NCBI GenBank assembly: GCA_963667665.2 | Contig: OY763927.2 | Span: forward strand, 448,001-512,000 | Reading direction: 5' to 3' | Source of the DNA: Nitrosopumilus sp. | GTDB taxonomy: Archaea; Thermoproteota; Nitrososphaeria; Nitrososphaerales; Nitrosopumilaceae | Length of the DNA stretch: 64,000 nt | Shown: positions 19,812 through 29,910 of the stretch, piece after piece | How positions within the stretch are numbered: the first letter of the stretch is position 1 | Layout of the letters: every line of letters begins with the position of its first letter | Made by a program: the position numbers and the translations under genes | The notes under the pieces: model-generated | Database searches by the model: none | What the model saw: only the letters and a program-made list of their open reading frames with translations | What the model was told of the DNA's origin: nothing

Positions 19812-20144
19812 ATGATTATTGTTGATCTGCATGATCCGCAGCGAGTAAATAGGGCGCCTGATAAAGTTGAGGTTTTATTATCTTCTGGGAGTTTTGTTCA
19901 AGATGAGTTTAAAATTTCCAAAGTTGAATTGCGTCTTTATTATGAAAGAACTGATGACAAATTAGGCAAATATTTTTTGATTACTTCTTTTGTTGAAACT
20001 GATAATGGCTCAATTGAAATGATATATGATGAAGGATTTCGTGGAGAAGAACCACTTTCCAGGGCAGCTGAATTTCTTACTTCTAATTTAGGAATATCTG
20101 GTCTAGTTTTACGCTCAGTAATTTCTATACGTGAGAAAACATAA
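19812..20144 (+). CDS. Hypothetical protein
   Basis: 110-aa ORF, no recognised motif. Confidence 0.7.
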   Translation: MIIVDLHDPQRVNRAPDKVEVLLSSGSFVQDEFKISKVELRLYYERTDDKLGKYFLITSFVETDNGSIEMIYDEGFRGEEPLSRAAEFLTSNLGISGLVLRSVISIREKT

Positions 20145-20220
20145 TTCTATGAACCTCTAAAATTTGTCATTCCAAATACAAACAACATGTTTTATTCTAT
20201 TTTTCTCTAATAGATATGAA

Positions 20221-20358
20221 ATGAGCCAAACTTCACAGGTTACAAAATCTGATAATTCGTATGAGCGCGAAGCCCACAAATTAAACACTGAACTCCAAGT
20301 TGCATTATTGAAATGGAAGTTAAATTCCATGGAAAAGAAAACTAAATTTAGTTTTTAG
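20221..20358 (+). CDS. Small hypothetical protein
   Basis: MSQTSQVTKSDNSYEREAHKLNTELQVALLKWKLNSMEKKTKFSF from the ATG at 20221. Confidence 0.45.
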   Translation: MSQTSQVTKSDNSYEREAHKLNTELQVALLKWKLNSMEKKTKFSF

Positions 20359-20461
20359 TCGTATTTTAGAAATTTAATTGTAATTTAATTTACTGACACA
20401 GAGAACTCTTACTGATAAATCCTGCTTGTTCCTTAAGTAGAAAGTTTCCATTTTTTATCAT

Positions 20462-21079
20462 ATGAAACAAATTAGCAAAAAACATTCGTTGCTATTTACA
20501 ATACCTGTATTAACTGCACTTGTTTTTGGTTCACTTGGAACAACTGATGTATTTGCAGAATATGCAAACATTAGTCTAGTTCCTGACAACGTTTCATCAG
20601 ATAGAACTGATGCATTATTAGATGTATCAGTTGAATCACCAGACAGACAAGCTGAAGTTGAATTTAGAGGTGGTACTGACGGATGGGCAATCATCGGAGG
20701 TCAGGCATATGCATCTGAAATCGGAATAACTGGAAATGCTGTTCGTCAAGATAATGGTGTATGAAAAGTAAAATCTGAAGCAAAAATCATTGTGGGGGAT
20801 AGACATGCAACATTAGATTTGAAAGGCAAAGCAGTTAATGGAAAACTTAGACTTCATGGAACTGGAACATTAGATAGTGGAGATTCTTTTAGAATAATTC
20901 TAAGAGGACACTATGCACCAATTAATGGCCAAACAGGAGACTTTGCACTTGATTGGTCAACTGCAAAAATCCAAAATATGGAAAATGGTATTAGAATTCC
21001 ATTATTTCAAGATGGAATGGTCCATGTCCAGCCAGTAGTTCCAATAGTTGATGTCTTAAATGATTCAACACTGAACTAA
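20462..21079 (+). pseudogene. Secreted beta-rich protein interrupted by an in-frame TGA
   Basis: ORFs 20462-20764 and 20792-21079 share one frame (DNGV*KVKSEAKIIVGDRH); N-terminal signal peptide. Confidence 0.8.
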
Positions 21080-21086
21080 ACGTTGA

Positions 21087-21115
21087 GGAGTAATACTCCA
21101 TTTCTTTTTTCTTTA
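21087..21115 (+). terminator. Hairpin plus T-tract
   Basis: GGAGTA-A-TACTCC followed by ATTTCTTTTTTCTTT right after the stop at 21079. Confidence 0.5.
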
Positions 21116-21179
21116 AAATTAGTTCATTTTCAGGTCTCATATCCTAAGGATTTTAAAGTAAACTATTGAGTTGAATTAC

Positions 21180-23045
21180 ATGCGAATATTACAATTACAC
21201 TGTGACAGCATAGAGTATACTCCAACAAAAAAAGAGATCAAAATGGCTGAAGATATAGAAAATCCTCAACTCCAAAGACTTGAGGAGGTTGTAGTTGCAT
21301 TTGTTGCAATAGAAGATGGTGATGATTCTTCAGTAGCACAAAATGCCATATCTCAAATAAAAAATTCAATGGAAAAAATTGGATGTAAAAAACTATTACT
21401 ATACCCATATGCTCATCTTAGCTCTAATCTTGCAAAACCATCTATTGCAATTACATTGCTTGGTGAAATGGAAAATAATGCAACTGATCTTGAAGTATCT
21501 CATTCTCCATTTGGCTGGACTAAATCTTACAAAATACAAGTAAAAGGACATCCACTAGCTGAAAGCTCCAAAGTTGTAACTAAAGATTCAACAAATTCTA
21601 AAGATGAAGAACTTACATCTGAGGCGTTAAAAGGAGAATCAAACATTCGTTCTTACTGGAAAATAATGTCTCCTGATGGAACAATGACTAACATTGGAGA
21701 TTTTGATTTCTCAAATCACAAAAACTTGGAAATCTTAGCAAAATACGAATCAGCAAAACAACGTAGTGTAGATGAATCGCCACCACATGTTGCATTAATG
21801 AAGAAGATGGCAATTGCAGATTATGAACCTGCATCTGATTCTGGTAACATGAGATTCTATCCTAATGGTCGTCTAATCAAATCTTTGATTGAACAATATG
21901 TTACTGAAAGGGTTAGAGATTATGGTGGATATGAAGTTGAAACTCCAATCATGTATGATTCAGAGCATCCAAGTATGGTTAGTTACTTTAACCGATTTCC
22001 AGCAAGGCAATATAATATTGATTCAGAAGGAAAAAAACTCTTTTTGAGATTTGCTGCTTGTTTTGGACAATTTCTTATGGCAAATCAATATCAACTATCA
22101 TACAAGAATTTACCATATAGACTCTATGAGCTTACACGGTATAGCTTTCGTAGAGAACAATCGGGTGAACTTGTTGGCTTGAGACGACTCAGAGCATTTA
22201 CAATGCCTGACTGTCATGCATTTTGCAAAGACCTAGAGCAGGCAGTTGATGAGATTATGTTACGATTTGATCTATCCCAAAGTGTTCTTCATGAACTTGG
22301 TATTGATAAATCTGATTATGATATGGCAATTAGATTCACTGAAGATTTTTACAATGAAAATAAATCCTCCATTGAAGAACTAGTACGAAAAAATGGTAAA
22401 CCCGTATTAGTTGAAATGTGGAAAGAAAAATTCTTTTACTTTGTTCTAAAATGGGAGTTTAACTTTATTGATAATTTAGGAAAGGCATCGGCTTTATCTA
22501 CAGACCAAATTGATGTGGAAAATGCAAATAGATATGGAATTGAATTTGTTGATGAGAATAACAACAAACAACATCCTATAATCTTGCATAATTCACCTAG
22601 TGGTGCAATTGAGAGAATAATTTATGCCTTGTTAGAAAAAGCAGCAAAAGATATCAAAGAAGGAAAAAAACCACAATTCCCATTATGGTTAGCCCCAACA
22701 CAAGTTAGAGTAATTCCATTAAAAGAAGAATTTAATGGCTTTGCTGAAACTTTGGCTGATAAAATTTCAAGTAATAATATTCGTGTGGATATTGATGATA
22801 GAAATGAAAGCATTGGAAAAAGAATACGTGAAGCAGAAAAGGAATGGATACGATACATTTTGGTAATTGGTGAAAAAGAAGTAAATTCTACAAATCTAAG
22901 TATTCGTGATAGAAAAACAGGTGATGTTAAAGAACTATCCTTTGATAATTTCTTAAATGAAATAAACGAGCAAATTAAAGGAAAACCATTCATTGGTTTG
23001 AATTTACCAAAACATCTCTCAAAGAGACCACAATTAATGGTGTAG
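21180..23045 (+). CDS. thrS: Threonine--tRNA ligase (archaeal type with N-terminal editing domain)
   Basis: MRILQLH, YPYAHLS, PFGW, FRREQSGELVGLRRLRAFTMPDCH and SPSGAIER motifs. Confidence 0.97.
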   Translation: MRILQLHCDSIEYTPTKKEIKMAEDIENPQLQRLEEVVVAFVAIEDGDDSSVAQNAISQIKNSMEKIGCKKLLLYPYAHLSSNLAKPSIAITLLGEMENNATDLEVSHSPFGWTKSYKIQVKGHPLAESSKVVTKDSTNSKDEELTSEALKGESNIRSYWKIMSPDGTMTNIGDFDFSNHKNLEILAKYESAKQRSVDESPPHVALMKKMAIADYEPASDSGNMRFYPNGRLIKSLIEQYVTERVRDYGGYEVETPIMYDSEHPSMVSYFNRFPARQYNIDSEGKKLFLRFAACFGQFLMANQYQLSYKNLPYRLYELTRYSFRREQSGELVGLRRLRAFTMPDCHAFCKDLEQAVDEIMLRFDLSQSVLHELGIDKSDYDMAIRFTEDFYNENKSSIEELVRKNGKPVLVEMWKEKFFYFVLKWEFNFIDNLGKASALSTDQIDVENANRYGIEFVDENNNKQHPIILHNSPSGAIERIIYALLEKAAKDIKEGKKPQFPLWLAPTQVRVIPLKEEFNGFAETLADKISSNNIRVDIDDRNESIGKRIREAEKEWIRYILVIGEKEVNSTNLSIRDRKTGDVKELSFDNFLNEINEQIKGKPFIGLNLPKHLSKRPQLMV

Positions 23046-23050
23046 TGGAA

Positions 23051-23926
23051 ATGAGCTTTATTGATTTGTACATGAACAGAAATCCGTTGATTACTGGTTC
23101 TGATGAGGGTTCTGAGCCTGTAGCAACTGTGTTTGGTGTTCCTTTTGATGCAACGCATTCTTACAAACCTGGTTGCAGATTTGGACCTGATGCAATTCGT
23201 GATTCATTTAATAACATTGAAGTTTTTCATCCTGAATTCCAAATAGATTTAGAAGCAGTCAACATTGAAGATTTGGGAAATACTCGTCATACGGTAGTTG
23301 CATCTGAAATGATTGATATGGTAAAAAAAATTACTATTGAGCTTGTAGCAAAACAAAGACAACTATTCATTTTGGGTGGTGAGCACTCAATTACGTATGG
23401 TGCCTATACTAGTTTTCCAAAAGAAACAGGCTATGTTGTGTTTGATGCTCATTATGATTTACGAGATGAATTTGCAGACACAAAATTAAGTCATGCATCT
23501 TATCTTCGAAGGATTGTTGAAGAAAGAGGTGCTGAAAATATTTTACATGTTGGAGCTAGGGCATTTATCGGTGAAGAATTAGAATTTCTAAAAGAAAACA
23601 ATATCAAAACAATTTCTGATAAAGAAATCAGAGAAGGAAAAGGACCTCAATTATTAAAAGATCATGTGTCTACTTTTGATACAATTTATTCTAGTTTTGA
23701 TCTTGATGTACTGGATCCTGCGTTTGCACCAGGTGTGGGAAACCCAGAAGCTGTAGGTATTTCTTCTCGAGAATTATTTGATATGATTCATTCTTTTGAG
23801 AATGCAAAAATTATTGGTGTGGATATTATGGAACTAAATCCATATCATGATAATGGCTCAACTGCATCTCTTGCAGCCAAGATAATGTCTACTATGGTTG
23901 CCATGAATTTATCTCAAAATAGATAA
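23051..23926 (+). CDS. speB: Agmatinase
   Basis: GGEHSIT, FDAHYDLRD, SFDLDVLDPAFAPGVGNPE and ELNP ureohydrolase motifs. Confidence 0.92.
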   Translation: MSFIDLYMNRNPLITGSDEGSEPVATVFGVPFDATHSYKPGCRFGPDAIRDSFNNIEVFHPEFQIDLEAVNIEDLGNTRHTVVASEMIDMVKKITIELVAKQRQLFILGGEHSITYGAYTSFPKETGYVVFDAHYDLRDEFADTKLSHASYLRRIVEERGAENILHVGARAFIGEELEFLKENNIKTISDKEIREGKGPQLLKDHVSTFDTIYSSFDLDVLDPAFAPGVGNPEAVGISSRELFDMIHSFENAKIIGVDIMELNPYHDNGSTASLAAKIMSTMVAMNLSQNR

Positions 23927-24034
23927 CAATTTCTTCCGTTGATTTCAGTCCAATTTAATGATGAGGCTGATTTTCTAAATTATCTGTGTTTTATTTCTGT
24001 TCACTTTATTAGCTAGTATTGTTGGGGTTATCTC

Positions 24035-24607
24035 GTGTTAAATAATCTCCGAGAATCACTCGCTCCAGCACTTGAAAAGATTGGAAAGGGATTTGCATCA
24101 ACAGGTCTGTCTCCTAATTTTTGGACTTGTGTTGGTCTTGCATTTGCATTGATTTCAGCAATAGTGTATGGTATGGGAATAGAATTTGGATTGATAATTG
24201 GAGGAATATTGTTACTTGTTTCTGGATTTTTTGATATGGTAGATGGCCAAGTAGCAAAAGTTACTGGAAAGACCTCAAAAAAAGGATCTTATTTTGACTC
24301 TATGTCTGATAAAATTGCTGAAGTTGCAATATTTTTAGGAATTTTAGTTGGTGGATATGCAGAACCTTATCTTGTATTACTTGCAATTACTTTATCACTT
24401 CTAGTTAGTTATGCAAGAGCAAAGTCTGATGCCCTTAACATTAAACTTCAAGGGGTGGGTATTGGTGAAAGAGCTGAAAGGCTTTTGGTAATTGCTATAA
24501 TTGGAATAATTGGTTTCATGGAATATGCAGTAATAATTGTGGTAGTAATTGCTGGAATTACTCTAATTCAAAGAATGGCAGTAACTGCAAAAAACATTAA
24601 AGAATAA
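24035..24607 (+). CDS. CDP-alcohol phosphatidyltransferase (archaetidylinositol-phosphate synthase-like)
   Basis: DMVDGQVAK..G..S..G...DS..D signature; GERAER. Confidence 0.9.
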   Translation: MLNNLRESLAPALEKIGKGFASTGLSPNFWTCVGLAFALISAIVYGMGIEFGLIIGGILLLVSGFFDMVDGQVAKVTGKTSKKGSYFDSMSDKIAEVAIFLGILVGGYAEPYLVLLAITLSLLVSYARAKSDALNIKLQGVGIGERAERLLVIAIIGIIGFMEYAVIIVVVIAGITLIQRMAVTAKNIKE

Positions 24608-24609
24608 TA

Positions 24610-24897
24610 CTATCGAAGTTTTTCGCGTTTTCTTCTACTGTCTGCTGATCTAATTTTGAGAATCTTAAAGTGAATTGCACATGAAATACAATACGTTTTC
24701 AAAACTGTTGCTGAAGCAATGTATGCACCTTGTGCTCGTAGCTCTTTTGCTAATGTATGCTCTACTAGATTTATTCTACCTGTGACTTTTTTTGCCTTGT
24801 CTTTTGGAACTGTTTGTCCACAGTTTGTGCACTGAACAGTTCCTGATGATCCTTTTCCTCCTTTAGTACGACCTCTACTTGCACGTTTTAGTGGCAT
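24610..24897 (-). CDS. rps26e: 30S ribosomal protein S26e
   Basis: MPLKRASRGR, VQCTNCGQTVPKDKAKK and YCISCAIH motifs. Confidence 0.95.
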   Translation of the reverse strand: MPLKRASRGRTKGGKGSSGTVQCTNCGQTVPKDKAKKVTGRINLVEHTLAKELRAQGAYIASATVLKTYCISCAIHFKILKIRSADSRRKREKLR

Positions 24898-25057
24898 TAT
24901 CATAAAACCCATTTGCCTACTTATATTCTTGAGTATTTTCTAAAATATTCATTTGAACCTGAAATGAGTTAAAATCACCCAAAAAATATCAAGATTTAAT
25001 CAAAAATAATATTCTATTCCCTTTTGAGTTAGTTGTAAAGAGAAATGGTGATTATAG

Positions 25058-25641
25058 TTGCTAAGTGAAGAGGATCTAATTGCTCGAATTCTAAAAGTCA
25101 AAGATCTTAAAGAGAACTGCTTCAAATATCTTGAAGAAAGCTCAAAAAAATTACTAACTCAGAAAATCCTTTTTGCAATGGCAGAGTTGACTGCTGAAAA
25201 GATGAGTCCTGTAAAACTCTCTGAAATTGCACAAAAGACAACTGGACAAAGTGACAAATCAAAGCAAGACCTAGTTCGACTTACAATAGAAAAATCCCTC
25301 CTAAAATGTGGGCTAGCTGAGAAATTAAAATATGCTCCAAATGATGTCCGATACATTTTGACTGCATATAGATTCCAAAAAATTAAAGAGATTGATAGTT
25401 TTAGAGGTGAGTCCTCACAACCAATCGGGGATGTATTTGAATTGCCAAAATCCTCTTGGCCAAAAAATATGGATATGAGCAATCACTCAAAAAACTGCAT
25501 TCAGATTACGACGTTGACTTGATTCCTCGTGGACAATATGAAACTCTAAACAGTGATTATACAAAATCTCTTAATCAAATTAATGAGAAATTAGATTCAA
25601 AATACTCTTCTCTTGAAACACTGGTGGTTTCAGAATCATAA
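25058..25641 (+). pseudogene. Winged-helix-like hypothetical gene with frameshift near 25455
   Basis: Overlapping ORFs 25058-25522 and 25456-25641 switch frame at TTGGCCAAAAAA. Confidence 0.6.
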
Positions 25642-25646
25642 AGTTT

Positions 25647-26765
25647 TTGATAATCTTTGGACTAGTTTTGTCGGGATTTGTCTTTGTAAGTCTTTTTGAT
25701 GAAGATTTGGCTTTTGCACAATCTAATCAGAATACCCTTAAACTAAGTTTTGAAGATAGTATTCTTCCATCACATGAAGTACCACTTGTTGCAGGAAATT
25801 TTTTTAATCTGATTCAAAGCTATTCTTGGGTTCGAGATGAAACAAGCAGGTATAATCTTGTGTCTTATACTATGGATGGTGAAACAGTAAAAATATCTAG
25901 AGATTCCAGAGGCGATTTTACATTAAGCATTCCAACTGATTCCTCTCATACTGTAATGTTTTCAGCTGTTTTACAATATGCTCTAAGTGTAGATGGGACA
26001 AATGATTTTTCATATCTTCCTTCTTCTCCAACCCAGGATAACTGGTTTGATGTAGGAACTGAAGTATCAATTAATGTACAAAAAATAACTGAAATTGAAA
26101 ACAACAAAGTACGACAAGAAATTACTGGACGGTCGCTTGACAAAGCAGAGTTTTGGAATATTGAAGATGATTCTACATCATTTACTACTCCACCTATTGT
26201 AATGACTGAATATCATCAAGTGGATTTCTTTAATACATATAAGTACAAACTTAACGTTCTATCTGATTCTGGGGTAACTACTGGAAGTGGATGGTATGAG
26301 CAGGGAGTTACTGTTCCAATTGGAGTTGATGTAGGTGGAGATGGTCTGATTCTAAATACTATATCTGAATGGGAGGGTGCTGATATAATTTATGATGGAA
26401 ACACTGCCCTAGTATTTGTTGATGGTCCAGTAACAGTTTCTGCAAAAGTTGAGAAAAATTATTCTCTTCTAATTGGAGTAATTGTGATACCTATTTTGGT
26501 TATTGGATTTGTTGCTGCTAAAAAATTCAAGAGATCTCCTATTGTTGAAGAGAAACCTGTAGAAAAAATCGTAGAAAGAATTATTGAAAAGATTGTAGAG
26601 ACACCTCAGAAAAAATATGAAGATGGGTATGATCTGAAACTCTCAGTATATCTTTCAGTGCAAACTCTGGCAAAACTGGATGAGATGCATTCTTCTAAAA
26701 TTATTTCTGAAAGTAAATATTCAAAAATTGTAGAGACCCAAAAATTCATCCAACAAAATCTCTAA
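25647..26765 (+). CDS. Exported membrane-anchored surface protein
   Basis: N-terminal signal (..LAFAQ), beta-rich repeats with GSGWY, TM LLIGVIVIPILVIGFVAA then a charged tail. Confidence 0.7.
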   Translation: MIIFGLVLSGFVFVSLFDEDLAFAQSNQNTLKLSFEDSILPSHEVPLVAGNFFNLIQSYSWVRDETSRYNLVSYTMDGETVKISRDSRGDFTLSIPTDSSHTVMFSAVLQYALSVDGTNDFSYLPSSPTQDNWFDVGTEVSINVQKITEIENNKVRQEITGRSLDKAEFWNIEDDSTSFTTPPIVMTEYHQVDFFNTYKYKLNVLSDSGVTTGSGWYEQGVTVPIGVDVGGDGLILNTISEWEGADIIYDGNTALVFVDGPVTVSAKVEKNYSLLIGVIVIPILVIGFVAAKKFKRSPIVEEKPVEKIVERIIEKIVETPQKKYEDGYDLKLSVYLSVQTLAKLDEMHSSKIISESKYSKIVETQKFIQQNL

Positions 26766-26893
26766 AAAAAATCTTAACCTAATTCATAAAAATCTAAATT
26801 TGATGAATAATTTTAGTAGATTTCAAAAATAAAATTAATGTTGTGATTCCTTAGAATTATTTTCTCTATGGAATCACTGTGATATCTAGCGTG

Positions 26894-26917
26894 GGTTCTG
26901 TTGCATCTTAGTGATAT
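26894..26917 (+). repeat. Left terminal inverted repeat of the IS6 element
   Basis: GGTTCTGTTGCATCTTAGTGATAT. Confidence 0.92.
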
Positions 26918-26986
26918 GAAATATGGATCTTCTGAGGATTGGCTTATTGGGTGCTAGATTCGGTTCTGTAACGTTGTCAAGTGGTA

Positions 26987-28380
26987 TTAGGATATGATTC
27001 CTATTTTGGTCAGTTTTGCCTTTAGTTCTGTTGTCGTCATCCTGTTTCCCTTCATGGAATTGCAGGACACACAAAAGCTGTTTGTTCTCATCAATATCTG
27101 CTCCACCCTTTGAGGTAGGTATGATGTGGTCTATTGTCAAATTCCTATATGGAAAGTGAACATCACATCCAGCACAATGCCCGTGCTGTTTACCGTATAA
27201 CATATCCTTGATGTTCTTTGACTGTGTTTCTTGCAATACTGGTGCTTCTGTAAGCGATATCAGTTGAGCCTCTTTTTTTGTGTACTAGTCAAGCAGATAC
27301 TCATCATGTAGTCTTCTTTTAATCAGGTTTAATGCAGTTTCAGATATGTCAATTCCTATCCATTTGCGGTCAAGTTTTTCAGATTCGATACAAGTTGTTG
27401 CACATCCACAAAAAGGATCAAGTATGACATCCCCCTCATCTGATGAAGCTTTGATGATTCTTTCAAGAAGTCGAAGTGGTTTCTGTGTAGGATATCCTAT
27501 TTTTTCTTTCCCAGATGTTATGTTTGGAATATCAATCCATGTATCACCTATTGGTTTTCCCTTGTATTTTTGGGCATATGATTTTCTTAGTGGTGTCTTA
27601 CCATCACGCCATATTATCTCATTATTAGAATCCATTTCCTTTAGGCGTTCTAATGATATACGCCATCCTGAAGAGTGTGGGTTCTTAACGCCTTTATACT
27701 CATAACAAAGATTGGGTCTGGCACCCATTGCAGGGGCACAGAATATCGGTACATCCGTATTATAATGCCCTTGTTTGTATTCGTGTGGGAATTTTTTCTT
27801 AAACTCATTTTCTGTAAGGTCAACATACGTGCCATTAAAACAATACTCTTTTTGTTTTGTGTAAAACAATATCACGTCATGATCGGAGCCAAATGTCTTG
27901 GGGTCATACTGACTACCCTTTGCACGACCTGATGCTTTCTGCCAGATGATTTCATTTCTGAAATTATTTGACTCATATTGCATCCAGAACGATTTTCAGA
28001 TAATGACTTGCAGTGGGATCACAATGAAGATACAAACTTCCCGTATTTTTCAGTATCCTATGCATTTCTAACAGTCTGATTGCCATGTAAATTGAATATG
28101 ACATAAGGTCTTCACCTGCTATCTTGTTGATGGCATCCAATACTATGTATAATGCCTCGTTTCTGTTGGCAATCTCACCCCACCAAGCTATGTCGACATC
28201 ACTTAAACTCCATGTATCCTTGAACTCGACACCTGCAGCTTTTGAGCCAATTGGTGCTGAGAAGTTCTTATTTTTGTTAAATGGAGGATCAAGATATATC
28301 AGGTCAACTGAATCATCGGACATACCTCTCATTACGTGTAAGTTGTCTGCAATGAAGACAGTTCTGTTTTTGATGGTCAA
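26987..28380 (-). pseudogene. N6/N4 DNA methyltransferase (beta class) fused to a C-terminal HNH endonuclease; two frameshifts and one nonsense codon
   Basis: DLIYLDPPFN; frameshift ~27976; NFRNEIIW, YPTQKP and LDPFCGCATT; in-frame TAG at 27285-27287; CAGC..IDHIIPTSKGG..N.QLLC; frameshift ~27070; SCNSMKGNR..; true stop at 26987. Confidence 0.9.
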
Positions 28381-28452
28381 AAACGACCACCTTTAGCATT
28401 ACTGTCTATGGATTGTGGTCTGTCTGTCCTATGACATAAAGAACCGTTTCTG

Positions 28453-28596
28453 TCATCTTATTCTCTCCTTATTCCAATACGGAGAATTACATTTTTTATT
28501 ATTGCAATTCTTGGGAGATTCGTTTCTACTATACCAAATTGCATTACAACGATTACATTCATGTCTCCAGTATGCCCCATCTACTTTCATATTCAT
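28453..28596 (-). CDS. Zinc-finger microprotein (47 aa) of the IS6 element
   Basis: Not in track. MNMKVDGAYWRHECNRCNAIWYSRNESPKNCNNKKCNSPYWNKERIR. Confidence 0.75.
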   Translation of the reverse strand: MNMKVDGAYWRHECNRCNAIWYSRNESPKNCNNKKCNSPYWNKERIR

Positions 28597-28643
28597 ACAA
28601 ATTCTATAAATTTAATACTATATAATTATTTACTACATATAGT

Positions 28644-28683
28644 TAAAAAGTATAGTATATATGTAGGTAAAAAGTATAGTATA
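28644..28683. promoter_or_regulatory. Direct repeats in the divergent promoter of the element
   Basis: TAAAAAGTATAGTATA at 28644-28659 and 28668-28683; inverted half-site ATACTATA near 28615. Confidence 0.5.
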
Positions 28684-28798
28684 ATATGAAAAATGCAATG
28701 ATGAAAAATAAAATCAAAGGCATGGGAGTGCCAATGATGTGTTTGATAGGCTCTGAGTATTCTTTCATCTCCCACTTTATAATTTTTGAGGTGTCTCT

Positions 28799-29906
28799 AT
28801 GAACGCAAGACAACAAAGAGCCAAACAAATTATGGAATTGCCAGATTATGCAAAGTTTATCGGAAACAACAAAATCAAGATTAGTTCCCAGACTGACTTG
28901 TCAAAATCATACATCATTTCAAGAACTGAAAACGGATTAATCTGTGTGTCCAGATCACACTACTAGAAAATCAGACTGCAAACACATCAAGACAGCACTT
29001 GAATTAATCAGGAATAACGAGGGTCAAAAACAGACATTTAGAATTATTGAGAGATCACTAATCAAGGTATGCAAGTTCTGTGATTCAGGCAATATTGTAA
29101 AGGCTGGACTAAAGAAAAACAAAAACTCTACTTTGCAGATGTTCAAGTGTCAGGACTGTAAGAAAAGATTTACTACAAACTTTGGATTTGAAAAGAAACA
29201 ATTTGATGAGAACACTATCTGTGGAGCATTACAAATGTACTATTCAGGAATGAGTGTAAGGGATATTTCAAACCATTATGAGATGATGGGAACTGATGTC
29301 AATGAATCTACTGTTTATCGCTGGGTTGACAAATATTCCAAAATGACTGCAAAGTATCTAAACGGTATTGTTCCAAGAGTTGGTGATTGGTTCAGGGCTG
29401 ATGAGGTATGGATTAAAATTAATGGCAAACAAAACTATCTATTTGCTTCAATGGATGATGATACGAGATATTGGTTATCTAGTGATATTGCAGATAACAA
29501 GTTTCATCACAATGCAGATAATTTACTACAATTAACAAAACTCCAAGCTGGTAAGAATCCTAGAAATTTCATTACTGACGGACTATCAGCATACAAGAAA
29601 TCATCCAAGAAAGTATTTGGACCAAAAACAAACCACGTTAGACATATTCATCTCAAAGGAGATATAAACAACAACAAGATGGAACGCCTAAACGGTGAGA
29701 TAAGAGACAGAGAGAAAGTCTTTAGAGGTCTTAAAAGAATGGATACAGGCATACTTGATGGAATGAGAGTTTACTATAATTTCACAAAAAAGCATGGAGC
29801 ATTGAAAGGTAAGACTCCTGCACAGGCTTCAATGATAGAAGTTGATGGTAAGAATCGTTGGAAAACTATCATTCAAAATGCCAGTCTAAGCAAGGATTCG
29901 GAATAA
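28799..29906 (+). pseudogene. IS6-family DDE transposase with SWIM and Zn-ribbon N-terminal domains; frameshift at ~28946
   Basis: GAGGTG SD then ATG 28799 MNARQQRAKQIM...GLIC; frameshift; CPDH..DCKHI (SWIM), CKFC..CQDC, HTH; WFRADE, FITDG and NNKMERLN catalytic triad. Confidence 0.9.
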
Positions 29907-29910
29907 ATCT

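Noticed and set aside
20762-20764. Selenocysteine or alternative genetic code
   Set aside because: No redox motif or SECIS-like element, TGA is a normal stop in many genes here, and a Trp>stop transition is simpler.
22622-23158. 178-aa antisense ORF, and similar shadow ORFs (1291, 2290, 12624, 27346, 39858, 42817, 43174, 60351)
   Set aside because: They lie opposite well-supported genes and show no motifs.
23945-23972. Box C/D sRNA (ATGATGA..CTGA)
   Set aside because: Boxes are only 2 nt apart with no guide regions or second box pair.
28415-28828. Track ORFs 28415-28609 (+) and 28643-28828 (-)
   Set aside because: Better explained by the minus-strand finger gene, the promoter repeats and the true transposase start at 28799.
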